From positions 1 through 31,413 of the forward strand of contig JAUVVC010000012.1 in assembly GCA_030604855.1 (NCBI GenBank): a DNA stretch of 31,413 nucleotides, written 5' to 3'. The stretch is from Erysipelotrichaceae bacterium (GTDB lineage Bacteria > Bacillota_I > Bacilli_A > Erysipelotrichales > Erysipelotrichaceae). Positions 1 to 8,694 of this stretch are shown here, in pieces. Every line of letters begins with the position of its first letter. Positions within the stretch are counted from its first letter, which is position 1. The position numbers and the translations under genes are program-made. The notes beneath the pieces are model-generated. The model saw only the letters and a program-made list of their open reading frames with translations. It ran no database searches and had not been told where the DNA came from.

Positions 1-151
1 AAACCATAGCGCTTATATACATCGCCTTCATCTTTCAATCTCATTTACTTTTTGAGTGCGTTCACATCAGCGCTTCTTTTAATTTGTTTTCTGAGATTTA
101 GAGAACTTTCCTATAAGATGAAAAAATATATACTATTTTTTAAATTATACC

Positions 152-180
152 TTGACAGGCGAAGTAACTATTTGTATTAT
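152..180 (+). promoter_or_regulatory. sigma-A-type promoter of the padR operon
   Basis: TTGACA (152-157), 17-nt spacer, TATTAT (175-180). GAGGAG SD at 191-196, 7 nt before the ATG at 204. Confidence 0.5.
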
Positions 181-203
181 AGTATTGCGAGAGGAGATAC
201 GCC

Positions 204-524
204 ATGAGCATCACATCCGATCTCTTGCGTGGACATACCGAAACCATCATCTTAAAACTATTGATTGAAAAAGATAGTTACGGTTATGAAATCAATAAGT
301 CCATACAGGAGAAAACAAACAACTTATTTGAATTAAAAGAAGCCACCCTCTACTCAGCCTTCCGACGTTTGGAAACAGCTGGCTTGATCGCATCCTACTG
401 GGGAGATGAAGCAACAGGAGCGCGTCGTCGCTACTACACCATTACCTATGAAGGCCGACAAGTATACCAACAAAATAAAGTCGATTGGGAAAGTGCAAAA
501 GCACTGATCGATCAATTGATCTAG
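204..524 (+). CDS. PadR-family transcriptional regulator
   Basis: 106 aa. N-terminal winged-helix pattern LLRGHTETIILKLL...SYGYEI...EATLYSAFRRLE..GLI is typical of PadR. Good SD. Confidence 0.9.
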   Translation: MSITSDLLRGHTETIILKLLIEKDSYGYEINKSIQEKTNNLFELKEATLYSAFRRLETAGLIASYWGDEATGARRRYYTITYEGRQVYQQNKVDWESAKALIDQLI

Positions 525-532
525 GAGGACAT

Positions 533-1195
533 ATGATCCAGAAATTAAGAGCTTACATCAACCGCTCCTTTGAAAACGTACCAAAAACAAAAAAATCCAT
601 TGAAATGCAGGAAGAACTCATTGCCAACCTCATTGAGAAATACAATGATCAGTGCGCTCAAGGTAAATCCGAAGAAGAAGCTTATAACTTTGTGATCGCA
701 TCGATTGGCGATCTCAGTGAATTGACTGAAGGGTTGAAAGAACGTCATGTGCTTTCTAGCATCAGTCCTGAAGAACGTAAACGCAGTGCACGTTTGGTTG
801 CCATCGCCGTCATGATGTACATCCTCAGTCCAATGATCTTGATTGCGACCTCTGAGTTGTATGGCAATGGAACCCTCGGCCTTGTCTTGATGTTCATGTT
901 TATTGCGATTGCGACAGGCTTATTGGTCTATAATGGCGCAAGCAAACCGAAATATCAAAAAGAAGAAGAAACAATGATTGAAGAATTCAAAGAATGGAAA
1001 AGCAAGAAACAGCACGAGGATAGTTTGAGTGCAAGTTTGAGTTCAGCCTATTGGTTGATCGTCACAGCCATCTACTTGTATGTCAGCTTCACGCAAATGA
1101 TCTGGCATTATTCATGGATCATCTTCATCATCGCATCCGCACTCTTCAATATCATCAAAGCTTTGGTTGCTTTGGGAAGGAGAAATGATGCGTAG
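533..1195 (+). CDS. DUF1700-like membrane protein (PadR-associated permease-prefix protein)
   Basis: Start moved to the ATG at 533, behind AGGAGG (523-528). A soluble N-terminal helical domain is followed by about 4 hydrophobic segments. This is the usual partner gene downstream of PadR. Confidence 0.75.
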   Translation: MIQKLRAYINRSFENVPKTKKSIEMQEELIANLIEKYNDQCAQGKSEEEAYNFVIASIGDLSELTEGLKERHVLSSISPEERKRSARLVAIAVMMYILSPMILIATSELYGNGTLGLVLMFMFIAIATGLLVYNGASKPKYQKEEETMIEEFKEWKSKKQHEDSLSASLSSAYWLIVTAIYLYVSFTQMIWHYSWIIFIIASALFNIIKALVALGRRNDA

Positions 1196-2087
1196 TATCC
1201 TGAATGTACTCAAAATCCTATTGTGGGCTTTGATCTTAGTCGCAGCCATCTATCTCTTCATGATGTTTAGAGATGGCGGTTCCTTGATTCAAAGTATGAA
1301 TAATCCGAAAGACTTGGAGGTTGTTCAAGACTTGAGCTTTGACGCTGAAGTACAATCCATTCAGATTGACTGGATCAGCGGTGGTATTACTGTAACACCA
1401 AGCTCAGACGGTATGATTCATGCGCTTGAGAAAGCGGAAAAAGGCTTGAGTTCATCGAAGTATGCTTCGATTGATGCATCCAATGGAAAGTTAACGATCC
1501 GCAGTAAAAACAAAAACAATGTTTGGTTCTTCTTCTATCGTACCCCTTTGACATACTTAGAACTTCAAGTTCCTCAAAATGATTATGAAGAAGTCATCTT
1601 GAATCTCACTTCTGGCAGTCATAAGTTATCAAACTTGAATACTGAAGACATGATTATTGATTTGACATCCGGTGAACTTAGACTTTCAAACGCTAACATC
1701 TCACGTTTGAATATGACCATGACCAGCGGCAACACACGCCTTAACGATGTCATGGGTGAAGATCTTCGTGTTGAAATGACCTCGGGTGAACTTCGCACGA
1801 CAGGCTCTTTCTCGAATCTGATTCAAATCGACATGACCAGTGGAAATCTCAGTTTGGATGCACATTTGGATTCGCCTGAGCAATTGGCACTAGAAATGAC
1901 CAGCGGCAATGCCGAACTCATTCTAAGTCAAGCCGAAGGTTTCCTATTCGATGTGGATAAGACATCGGGTAACTTCACACCAAGTTTCAACTATACAGGT
2001 GATTCGGATGATCCAATTTATCTTGAAGGGGATGCACGTTATACGGTTGATATGACAAGTGGCAACGTCTCTGTCAAAGTAAAATAA
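1185..2087 (+). CDS. DUF4097-family beta-repeat protein with N-terminal TM anchor
   Basis: Start moved to the ATG at 1185, behind GGAAGGAG. It overlaps the upstream stop (1193-1195). One N-terminal TM segment, then repeated (M/L)TSG(N/E) units. Confidence 0.8.
   Translation: MMRSILNVLKILLWALILVAAIYLFMMFRDGGSLIQSMNNPKDLEVVQDLSFDAEVQSIQIDWISGGITVTPSSDGMIHALEKAEKGLSSSKYASIDASNGKLTIRSKNKNNVWFFFYRTPLTYLELQVPQNDYEEVILNLTSGSHKLSNLNTEDMIIDLTSGELRLSNANISRLNMTMTSGNTRLNDVMGEDLRVEMTSGELRTTGSFSNLIQIDMTSGNLSLDAHLDSPEQLALEMTSGNAELILSQAEGFLFDVDKTSGNFTPSFNYTGDSDDPIYLEGDARYTVDMTSGNVSVKVK
1602..2066 (+). repeat. Intragenic periodic repeat (about 19-21 aa units carrying a TSG motif)
   Basis: TSG occurs at residues 148, 167, 186, 205, 224, 245, 266 and 298 of the track ORF. 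Spacings are 19, 19, 19, 19, 21, 21 and 32 aa. The DNA shows recurring atgaccagcggcaa-like strings. Confidence 0.6.
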
Positions 2088-2095
2088 AACACCGC

Positions 2096-3514
2096 TTAAG
2101 CGATGTTCAAGAATGCATGCAACAGTGTTTCAAAACGCTGTTGTTTTTTTGTGTAATATTCCACAGCTTTAGCTTGTGGTTCAAGATGCGATTCCGATTG
2201 AGATTTCTCATCTGTAAACATATCACTTATTCCAAGCGCTGCTCGTGCCACATGATAGGCACCCTTTAAAGCCGCATTTGCTCCATCATCCACAAACACG
2301 TTCGTCCCAAAGACATTGGCTAAGAGCTGAACCCAAGCTTCAATCTTACTCAAGCCACCACTGACATACAAGGGTTCATTCCCTGCATCAAAACTGTTGG
2401 CGATTGCTTTTAGATTCATCGTAATCCCCTCGATGACTGCGACCAATTGATCATCTGGTGTGGTGAGATGGGTCAATCCCCACATCATTCCTTTCGCATC
2501 ATTGGACCACAGTGGTGCGCGTTCCGCAAACAAGTACGGTAAGAAGATCAAATCATTTTGTGTTGTTTGTTTTAAGAGTGATTCAAGCTTGGCATAGGGT
2601 TTATCTGTTTTAAGTGCGTATTGCTTCATTGCCCATTCGATGACATTCCCCCCATTGTTGGTAGGTCCACCCACGATCCAATGATCTTCACTAAAGGCAT
2701 AGCAGAAATGATTTGCTTTAGGATTCAAGATCGGTGATTTACTGAAACGACGAATCGCACCAGACGTGCCTACGGTCAACGTTCGAGCTTGATTATTTTG
2801 AGTCGTACCTAAACTTGATAAAGGTCCATCGCTTGCGCCGACAACGACCGTCAACTGCCGACTAAACAACGGTGAATCGATTTCGAAATGATGCGTGATC
2901 GGCACGGGGTTGGATAGTTGTGATATTTGAATGCCTAAGGCATCGATTAAGGGTTCGTGCCATGCATGGCTGTGGATGTTCAATAAACCACTGGATGCGG
3001 CAATGGACACATCGATGATGCGTTGATTGAACCAGCGCAACAAGAGATATTCCTTGAACGAAAGTAAACGATCATTGGTCTGTAGTTTACCTTCTGATTT
3101 CAACCATAGGATACGAGGAATCCAGGACATGGTATGTAAAGGTGTTCCTGTTTGCTGGAAGATTTGCATCTGTTCATAAGTAATACGAAAAGCTTCCACA
3201 TGATCTTTGGCTTGTTGGTCTGAAAAAATCAAGCATTCGCTGACCGTACGATCGTGCGCATCCAATACCATGAAGGTATGCATGGCAGAGCCTAATGATA
3301 AAATAACTTCATCATTGGGCACACGATTCAACATTTCTTGAATCAAATCAAAACACGACGCCAATACCGTATCGGGATGAAATGATATTTCTCCCTGAAT
3401 CGTTTCCTTTAGTTGGACTGGACGCGATGAAACATGCATCAGATGCCCTTCTAAATCATATAAACCTGCTTTAAGATTGCTTGTGCCAATATCGATGGAA
3501 ATTATTGTTTTCAT
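2096..3514 (-). CDS. gntK: FGGY-family gluconokinase
   Basis: Start moved to MKTIISIDIGTSNLK (ATG 3514), the normal FGGY N-terminus. Motifs GASDGPLSSLG, GTSGAIR, GGPTNNGG and ERAPLW match Bacillus-type GntK as I recall it. Confidence 0.8.
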   Translation of the reverse strand: MKTIISIDIGTSNLKAGLYDLEGHLMHVSSRPVQLKETIQGEISFHPDTVLASCFDLIQEMLNRVPNDEVILSLGSAMHTFMVLDAHDRTVSECLIFSDQQAKDHVEAFRITYEQMQIFQQTGTPLHTMSWIPRILWLKSEGKLQTNDRLLSFKEYLLLRWFNQRIIDVSIAASSGLLNIHSHAWHEPLIDALGIQISQLSNPVPITHHFEIDSPLFSRQLTVVVGASDGPLSSLGTTQNNQARTLTVGTSGAIRRFSKSPILNPKANHFCYAFSEDHWIVGGPTNNGGNVIEWAMKQYALKTDKPYAKLESLLKQTTQNDLIFLPYLFAERAPLWSNDAKGMMWGLTHLTTPDDQLVAVIEGITMNLKAIANSFDAGNEPLYVSGGLSKIEAWVQLLANVFGTNVFVDDGANAALKGAYHVARAALGISDMFTDEKSQSESHLEPQAKAVEYYTKKQQRFETLLHAFLNIA

Positions 3515-3613
3515 ATCAATTATTATAGTTGATTTCCTTTCACTATATTCCAAATTTGAAAAAATTGGAGACATGCTTGAGCAGATTTCCAATCTTTTTC
3601 ATGATTTAACAAT

Positions 3614-3641
3614 GATGTTGGGATGGGCAAACACCAACATC
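3614..3641 (-). other. Stem-loop just downstream of the HAD gene stop (weak terminator or processing site)
   Basis: GATGTTGG (3614-3621) pairs with CCAACATC (3634-3641): 8 bp with a 12-nt loop. No U-run follows on the minus strand. Confidence 0.3.
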
Positions 3642-3649
3642 TTGTAACA

Positions 3650-4309
3650 TCACTTCATCATCGGTGCGATGATTTTCATCGCTTCACTAAAATCTGAAAC
3701 AGTATGAAATATCTTTAGTCCGCTTTGATCGATTAAATTACGATCCGGAACATAAACAACGTCCAAATCCGCTTGATTACATGCAACAATTCCATGATAA
3801 GAGTCTTCAAATACAAGTATTTTTTCTTTATTTATACCTGACAATGTAGTGGCTTCTAAATACAAAGCTGGATCGGGCTTCGTCTTTTTAACTTGATCAC
3901 CATAAAGAACGAACTGAAAGCGATCAATAAGATTAAAATGTTCTAAAATTCGTTTTGCCTTAACTTTGAATGTCGATGTGACACAGGCATAAGGAATTCC
4001 TTTGTGATCCAAATCATCTAAGATCTCAAGAGCATAAGGTTTCAATTGAACTTCACCCAGTGCAAGTTTCTCCCAAAACAATCGGTCACGAATATCCCTT
4101 AGCGACATCGCAAAATCAAAATTATGGGTATGTTCGTTGATGATATCCACGATTTCCAGGTAACTACGCCCACGCCAACTGTTTATTTCTTCGAGTCCAA
4201 TTGGAATCTGATATTGATCGAAAACCTGCTTCCAAAGTTGAACATAGAGATATTCACTATCAACCAAACATCCATCCATATCAAAGAAAACCATCTCAAT
4301 ATTTTTCAT
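3650..4309 (-). CDS. HAD-superfamily sugar-phosphate phosphatase / beta-phosphoglucomutase-like hydrolase
   Basis: FFDMDGCLVDSE (HAD motif I, DxD) near the N-terminus, with a later ...FEDS... motif. 219 aa. Confidence 0.85.
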   Translation of the reverse strand: MKNIEMVFFDMDGCLVDSEYLYVQLWKQVFDQYQIPIGLEEINSWRGRSYLEIVDIINEHTHNFDFAMSLRDIRDRLFWEKLALGEVQLKPYALEILDDLDHKGIPYACVTSTFKVKAKRILEHFNLIDRFQFVLYGDQVKKTKPDPALYLEATTLSGINKEKILVFEDSYHGIVACNQADLDVVYVPDRNLIDQSGLKIFHTVSDFSEAMKIIAPMMK

Positions 4310-4938
4310 CGAATCGCTTCTACGAACTTTTGTGCTTCGCGAACAACAGCATCATAATCACCTGTTTTTGCACCGGCTGTTAGATTTCCACCAATTCCAA
4401 CCGCAACTGCACCACTTTGAATCCATTCACGAATGTTTTCAATGTTCACACCACCTGTTGGCATAAAATTGGCTTGAGGCAAGGGTGCTTTGAAGTCCTT
4501 GATGCCTTTCGGTGAAAACAGGTTTCCAGGAAATAATTTAACAATATCGACACCGAGTTCAAGACAAGCAATGATTTCATTAACCGTTGCGGCACCTGGG
4601 ATGATTGGAATACGATATCGATTGCATAAGCGTACTACATCTGGATTCAAATTTGGGGCTACAACAAACTGTGCTCCTGCAAGGATGCACGCACGGGCTG
4701 TTTCTGGGTCGAGAACAGTTCCAGCACCAATGACCACATCTTTGTCTTTGTAAACACGTGTAAGTTCTTCAATAATCGAAACTGCACCCGGAACGGTCAT
4801 CGTGACTTCTAAAAACTTGATGCCTCCACGATATACGGCATCCACGATCTTGATGCCTTGTTCCTTTGATTCAGCACGAATGACCGCAACTAATTTCTCA
4901 TCCATCAATTTCTTAATGATATCAATCTTGTCCATCAA
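4306..4938 (-). CDS. eda: KDPG / 4-hydroxy-2-oxoglutarate aldolase
   Basis: 210 aa. Family hallmarks: VAVIR..., ...FLEVT..., GAGTV and VKLFPG (Schiff-base Lys region). ATGA overlap with the HAD gene. Confidence 0.85.
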   Translation of the reverse strand: MMDKIDIIKKLMDEKLVAVIRAESKEQGIKIVDAVYRGGIKFLEVTMTVPGAVSIIEELTRVYKDKDVVIGAGTVLDPETARACILAGAQFVVAPNLNPDVVRLCNRYRIPIIPGAATVNEIIACLELGVDIVKLFPGNLFSPKGIKDFKAPLPQANFMPTGGVNIENIREWIQSGAVAVGIGGNLTAGAKTGDYDAVVREAQKFVEAIR

Positions 4939-5888
4939 ATAACTCCTTTATTTCTTAAATCATTGAGTAAGTTCACAACTGCAAAATTACTCATGTTTTC
5001 AACTGCGCCTTCCGTAGAAGCAGCTGTATGTGATCCAGCGATGACATTTGGAAGACTCAAAAGTGGAGAATCCCCGGCCGGTTCACGTTCAAAGACATCT
5101 AAGCCAACTCCATAAATCTGTTTGTTTACCAATGCCTCATAGAGTGCATCTTCATCAATGATTCCACCTCGAGCAGTGTTGATGATGATCGCATTCTTAC
5201 GCATTCTAGCAAGCACTTCTTTATTGATGAGATATCTTGTCTCAGGTAATAGAGGTAAGTGAATGCTTATGAAATCACAGCTTGTAAGAATCTCATCTAA
5301 ATTTGCATATCGAATCCCATGATTCGATGCAAATGCATGGTCTGGATTAACATCATAAGCAAGAACATCCATTGCAAATCCTTTTGCCCTTAATGCAACA
5401 CCTTTTCCAATGTGACCAAATCCAAGGATTCCCAATCGCTTACCATAAACATCCACAGCTATATTCTTTGACCAATCATTCTGATGACACGCATGATTGA
5501 TTTCAGTGATTTTTCGTGCAACACCCAATATTAATGCGAACGCATAATCAGCGACAGCATCCATATTCGCATTCTGGGTGATGCTTACAGGAATATCATG
5601 TAATCGGCAATAATCAAGGTCGATATTATCAACACCAACACCATATTTTGCAACTGCCTTTAGTTGTTTTGCCTTGCTAAGAACACGTTCACTTAATGGA
5701 TCGACACCAATGATGACACCATCCACATCTTTAATAAGTTCAATCAACTCATCTTCATTCAGAATCGATCCTTTTTGATTATTAACAATTGTAATACCAG
5801 CTTCAAGCAATTGATTCTTTGCCACATCACTGTACTTACCAAAAGATCGTGGCGTGATCAAAACTTTAATCATTTTAGAAATGACCAT
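4935..5888 (-). CDS. D-isomer-specific 2-hydroxyacid dehydrogenase (phosphoglycerate-dehydrogenase-like)
   Basis: GILGFGHIGKGVA Rossmann motif, NTARGGIIDE, LDVFEREP, and GSHTAAST for the catalytic His. An alternative start at 5873 (MIKVLITP) is possible. Confidence 0.85.
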   Translation of the reverse strand: MVISKMIKVLITPRSFGKYSDVAKNQLLEAGITIVNNQKGSILNEDELIELIKDVDGVIIGVDPLSERVLSKAKQLKAVAKYGVGVDNIDLDYCRLHDIPVSITQNANMDAVADYAFALILGVARKITEINHACHQNDWSKNIAVDVYGKRLGILGFGHIGKGVALRAKGFAMDVLAYDVNPDHAFASNHGIRYANLDEILTSCDFISIHLPLLPETRYLINKEVLARMRKNAIIINTARGGIIDEDALYEALVNKQIYGVGLDVFEREPAGDSPLLSLPNVIAGSHTAASTEGAVENMSNFAVVNLLNDLRNKGVI

Positions 5889-6282
5889 CGAAGCCTTTAA
5901 TATGCTCTTTTGCTGTTTCTAATGATTTGGCGTACAGTTCGTCCAAACCGCAATAGTTGCGAGCATCAAGCGCTTCGATCAGCATGGGTAAATTAATCCC
6001 TGTAATTAAACGTACTTCAATATTCTCCTGCTTGAAACGTGGATAATTAAAGACAACACTGTTGTAAGGTGACGCTCCGAAGAGATCCACAAGCACAAGA
6101 ACTCCATCCGAATCATTTAAGCTCAGAACATTATCATACACACGCGTTTTTAATTCTTCAAAGTCATCCCCATGGAATAAACCTTCAATCTCAAATTTTT
6201 TTTGTTCACCAATAATGAGTTCTATACTATCTTTTAAGCCCTCGGCTAATTTGCCATGGGTCACTACCAATACACCTATCAT
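5875..6282 (-). CDS. PTS mannose/fructose/sorbose-family EIIA component
   Basis: MIGVLVVTHGKLAEGL N-terminus with the phospho-His (THG). 135 aa. Strong GGAGG SD. Confidence 0.85.
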   Translation of the reverse strand: MIGVLVVTHGKLAEGLKDSIELIIGEQKKFEIEGLFHGDDFEELKTRVYDNVLSLNDSDGVLVLVDLFGASPYNSVVFNYPRFKQENIEVRLITGINLPMLIEALDARNYCGLDELYAKSLETAKEHIKGFDGHF

Positions 6283-6290
6283 AGTTCCTC

Positions 6291-7280
6291 CTAGGGTTGG
6301 ATCAGTTCGATGTTGATTAAATGACCAGGTACGTCACCTTGCACAACTTTTTCACAATCAGAAACACACTTATCACCCATTCCCTCTAAACACTCATAGG
6401 TATACGCCGATATGTGTGGTGTCACGATGATCCGTGGTTGGTTTAATAAATGATGCGTTTTTATGATGGGTTCACCTTCAACCACATCTGCACCATAACC
6501 AAAGATTTTACCTTGTTTAACAGCATCGACGATGGCGTGGTCATCCACCAATTCACCGCGTGCTGTGTTCACAATGATCACATGATCTTTCATTTGTTGG
6601 ATTTCAGCTTCGCCCAACAAATGATAATTTTCATTACTTAAGAATGCATTCAATGAAATGATGTCTGCTTTCTTCAGTAATGTACTCAAATCAACAACTT
6701 CTGCACCTGCATCTTGAATTGTTTTAACATCTTGATAAGGATCAAACGCAAGAATTCGACAGTTAAATCCACCTTTAAGTATCGAGCCAACACGTGAACC
6801 AATATTGCCATATCCAATGATGCCTACGGTTTTATTTCGAACCTGATATCCGAGGTAGTTTGCACGTGTATTCCACTCACCTTTATTACAAGCATCCTCT
6901 GCAGGACTTTGCATCCGGGTTAGATTCATTAAAAGTGCGATTGCATTTTCCGCAACAGCATCTTGCTCAACAATCCCTTCTACCTTTGATACAAAACAAC
7001 CGTGTTTTGTCGCACTTGGAAGATGGATGTTGTTATAGCCGATCCCATGACGTGTGATCAACTTACAACCAGGATGATTCGCGAAGAAGGCTTCTGTAAA
7101 AAATGGCGTGACACTTGCGATGATAAGGTTATAGTCCTTCAATGCCAGTGCCAACTCTTTGCCTTCTATGTCACTCGGAAAGGTAAAGAATTCAATCTCG
7201 CCCAATGCTTTTAATCGCGTCAAATGATCTGGAAAGTATTTCCCAAAACTACTCGAATTAACGATAGCGATCTTATTCAT
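6291..7280 (-). CDS. D-isomer-specific 2-hydroxyacid dehydrogenase (glyoxylate/2-ketoaldonate-reductase-like)
   Basis: GIIGYGNIGSRVG Rossmann motif, NTARGELVD, ADVVEGEP, TPHISAYT. Confidence 0.85.
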   Translation of the reverse strand: MNKIAIVNSSSFGKYFPDHLTRLKALGEIEFFTFPSDIEGKELALALKDYNLIIASVTPFFTEAFFANHPGCKLITRHGIGYNNIHLPSATKHGCFVSKVEGIVEQDAVAENAIALLMNLTRMQSPAEDACNKGEWNTRANYLGYQVRNKTVGIIGYGNIGSRVGSILKGGFNCRILAFDPYQDVKTIQDAGAEVVDLSTLLKKADIISLNAFLSNENYHLLGEAEIQQMKDHVIIVNTARGELVDDHAIVDAVKQGKIFGYGADVVEGEPIIKTHHLLNQPRIIVTPHISAYTYECLEGMGDKCVSDCEKVVQGDVPGHLINIELIQP

Positions 7281-7281
7281 A

Positions 7282-7773
7282 TCAGAATTGTTTCAAAGCA
7301 TCTGCAAGACTGACTTTGCTGCTGTCAGGAATCATCTGGAAGAAGACTTCAACCTGATGTTGCTCATGGAGTTCTTTTAACAATTTCGCTTCATCTTCAC
7401 CAATGGAAACACTGGTAATGATAAATTTAGTGTCCTTCCTTTTGGCTATACCTCCGACGTTAATCAAATTCACCGGTAAGCCTTTTTTCACTGCTTCATA
7501 TACGCCATAAACTGTTTTAAATAATAGAATTGCCTTATATTCATCAAAATTCTTTTCGTTCCAATAGGCCACAGCTTCATCGATACTCAAAACCTTTACC
7601 GCTAATCCAGAACGTGAGCCGGAACTAATAAAAATCTGTTTCATGAAATCATCTTTCGCAACTTCATTATCAATGATGAAAATTGCGTTGATTCCTAATC
7701 CTTTTGACCACTTTGTCATGACTTGTCCATGTACCAAACGATCATCAATGCGTGTTAATTGTATTTTGCCCAT
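7282..7773 (-). CDS. PTS mannose-family EIIB component
   Basis: IQLTRIDDRLVHGQV N-terminus (phospho-His of EIIB-Man). 163 aa. AAAGGAG SD. Confidence 0.9.
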   Translation of the reverse strand: MGKIQLTRIDDRLVHGQVMTKWSKGLGINAIFIIDNEVAKDDFMKQIFISSGSRSGLAVKVLSIDEAVAYWNEKNFDEYKAILLFKTVYGVYEAVKKGLPVNLINVGGIAKRKDTKFIITSVSIGEDEAKLLKELHEQHQVEVFFQMIPDSSKVSLADALKQF

Positions 7774-7791
7774 ACGAGTTGCTCCTTTTTA

Positions 7792-7825
7792 AATATACTC
7801 CCATAATAGCATATGGGAGTATATT
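7792..7825 (-). other. Strong intercistronic stem-loop between the EIID and EIIB genes
   Basis: AATATACTCCCATA (7792-7805) pairs with TATGGGAGTATATT (7812-7825): 14 bp with a 6-nt loop. No U-run. The EIIB SD follows immediately. Confidence 0.55.
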
Positions 7826-7834
7826 CCACGTCTT

Positions 7835-8680
7835 CTAAAGAAGACCGATTGCTGCTAAACCACCTAGAATCAAGGATAACCACAACAATGCATTGGTAAC
7901 TTTAATCCCCTTCTTAGAGAAGTAGAAATAAGTGCCCAGAATTGTAACGAGTGGTAGTAAACCAGGTAATAAACCATCTAGAATATTTTGTAAGACGAAT
8001 TCTTTACCAGATAAGGATAATGTCAAGATGGTTGAAACTTTGACATAGTTAGCCGCAATAACACCCATCATGAATAGACCAAGTACCGATAAACCTTCGA
8101 TAATTGCCTGCATGCGTTGTCCACTGACCAACTCAGCTGCTGCACTACGACCTAAGCGATAGCCCATCTTTGTGAAATAGAAGCCATACAAGTAAGTTAC
8201 TAATGTGAAGCCGATCCAAGGGAACAAGGAACCTAATGGATTTCCTTCTTGAGCCCAAGGCAATGCAATAGCGATAAAGATATACTGAACGGTACCGGAG
8301 TCGATCGCATCACCAATCCCTGCCAAAGCACCCATCAAGCCTAATTTTGTATTGTTAATCAAATCACCACTAACCGTAACTTCTTCATTATTCGCAATTT
8401 GTTTAGCACGTGTCTCTTCAAGAGAAGTAACAATACCAGTGATGGTACCACCACCCCAAATTGCTTGTGTATTAAAGAACATCAAGTGTCTGCGATATGC
8501 ATCGCGAAGATCATCATCATTCTTATACAATTTTCTTAAAGTCGGCATTAATGCGAACAATAAGGAAGGTGCAATATAGCGGTCAAATGCATGTGGGACT
8601 TCATTTGCCCACCACCAACGGAACCAAGACTTGTGTAAGTCTTTATTCGTCAATGTTTCTGGAGTTAAATCTTTTGCCAT
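7835..8680 (-). CDS. PTS mannose-family EIID component
   Basis: 281 aa. The N-terminus (...SWFRWWWANEVPHAFDRY...) and overall hydrophobic profile are typical of EIID-Man. Confidence 0.9.
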   Translation of the reverse strand: MAKDLTPETLTNKDLHKSWFRWWWANEVPHAFDRYIAPSLLFALMPTLRKLYKNDDDLRDAYRRHLMFFNTQAIWGGGTITGIVTSLEETRAKQIANNEEVTVSGDLINNTKLGLMGALAGIGDAIDSGTVQYIFIAIALPWAQEGNPLGSLFPWIGFTLVTYLYGFYFTKMGYRLGRSAAAELVSGQRMQAIIEGLSVLGLFMMGVIAANYVKVSTILTLSLSGKEFVLQNILDGLLPGLLPLVTILGTYFYFSKKGIKVTNALLWLSLILGGLAAIGLL

Positions 8681-8694
8681 GTTTCTGTCCTCCC

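Noticed and set aside
1-60. A possible minus-strand gene start (ATGAAGGCGATGTATATAAGCGCTATGG...) running off the left edge, divergent from padR.
   Set aside because: Only about 10 codons fall inside the window and the SD is weak, so it cannot be supported from this sequence alone.
118-207. A 29-codon upstream ORF (MKKYILFFKLYLDRRSNYLYYSIARGDTP) ending in ATGA overlap with the padR start.
   Set aside because: It has no SD. It also contains the padR promoter (152-180), so it would not be on the padR transcript. It is most likely a chance ORF in AT-rich DNA.
485-532. Longer N-terminus of the DUF1700-like ORF (track start 485).
   Set aside because: It overlaps the PadR 3' end and has no SD. The ATG at 533 sits 5 nt after AGGAGG and gives a typical MIQKLRAYI N-terminus.
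1167-1184. Longer N-terminus of the DUF4097 ORF (track start 1167).
   Set aside because: GGAAGGAG lies directly upstream of the ATG at 1185, so the internal ATG is the better-supported start.
2088-2107. Imperfect palindrome AACAC-CGCTTAAGCG-ATGTT between the convergent DUF4097 and gntK ends, considered as a bidirectional terminator.
   Set aside because: It has only about 7 bp with an internal mismatch and a 4-nt loop. There is no U-run on the plus strand, and it overlaps the gntK stop codon. This is too weak to call.
3515-3592. 26-codon N-terminal extension of gntK (track start 3592).
   Set aside because: FGGY kinases begin right at the MKxxIGIDxGT strand. The extension has no homology-like features and covers the putative promoter.
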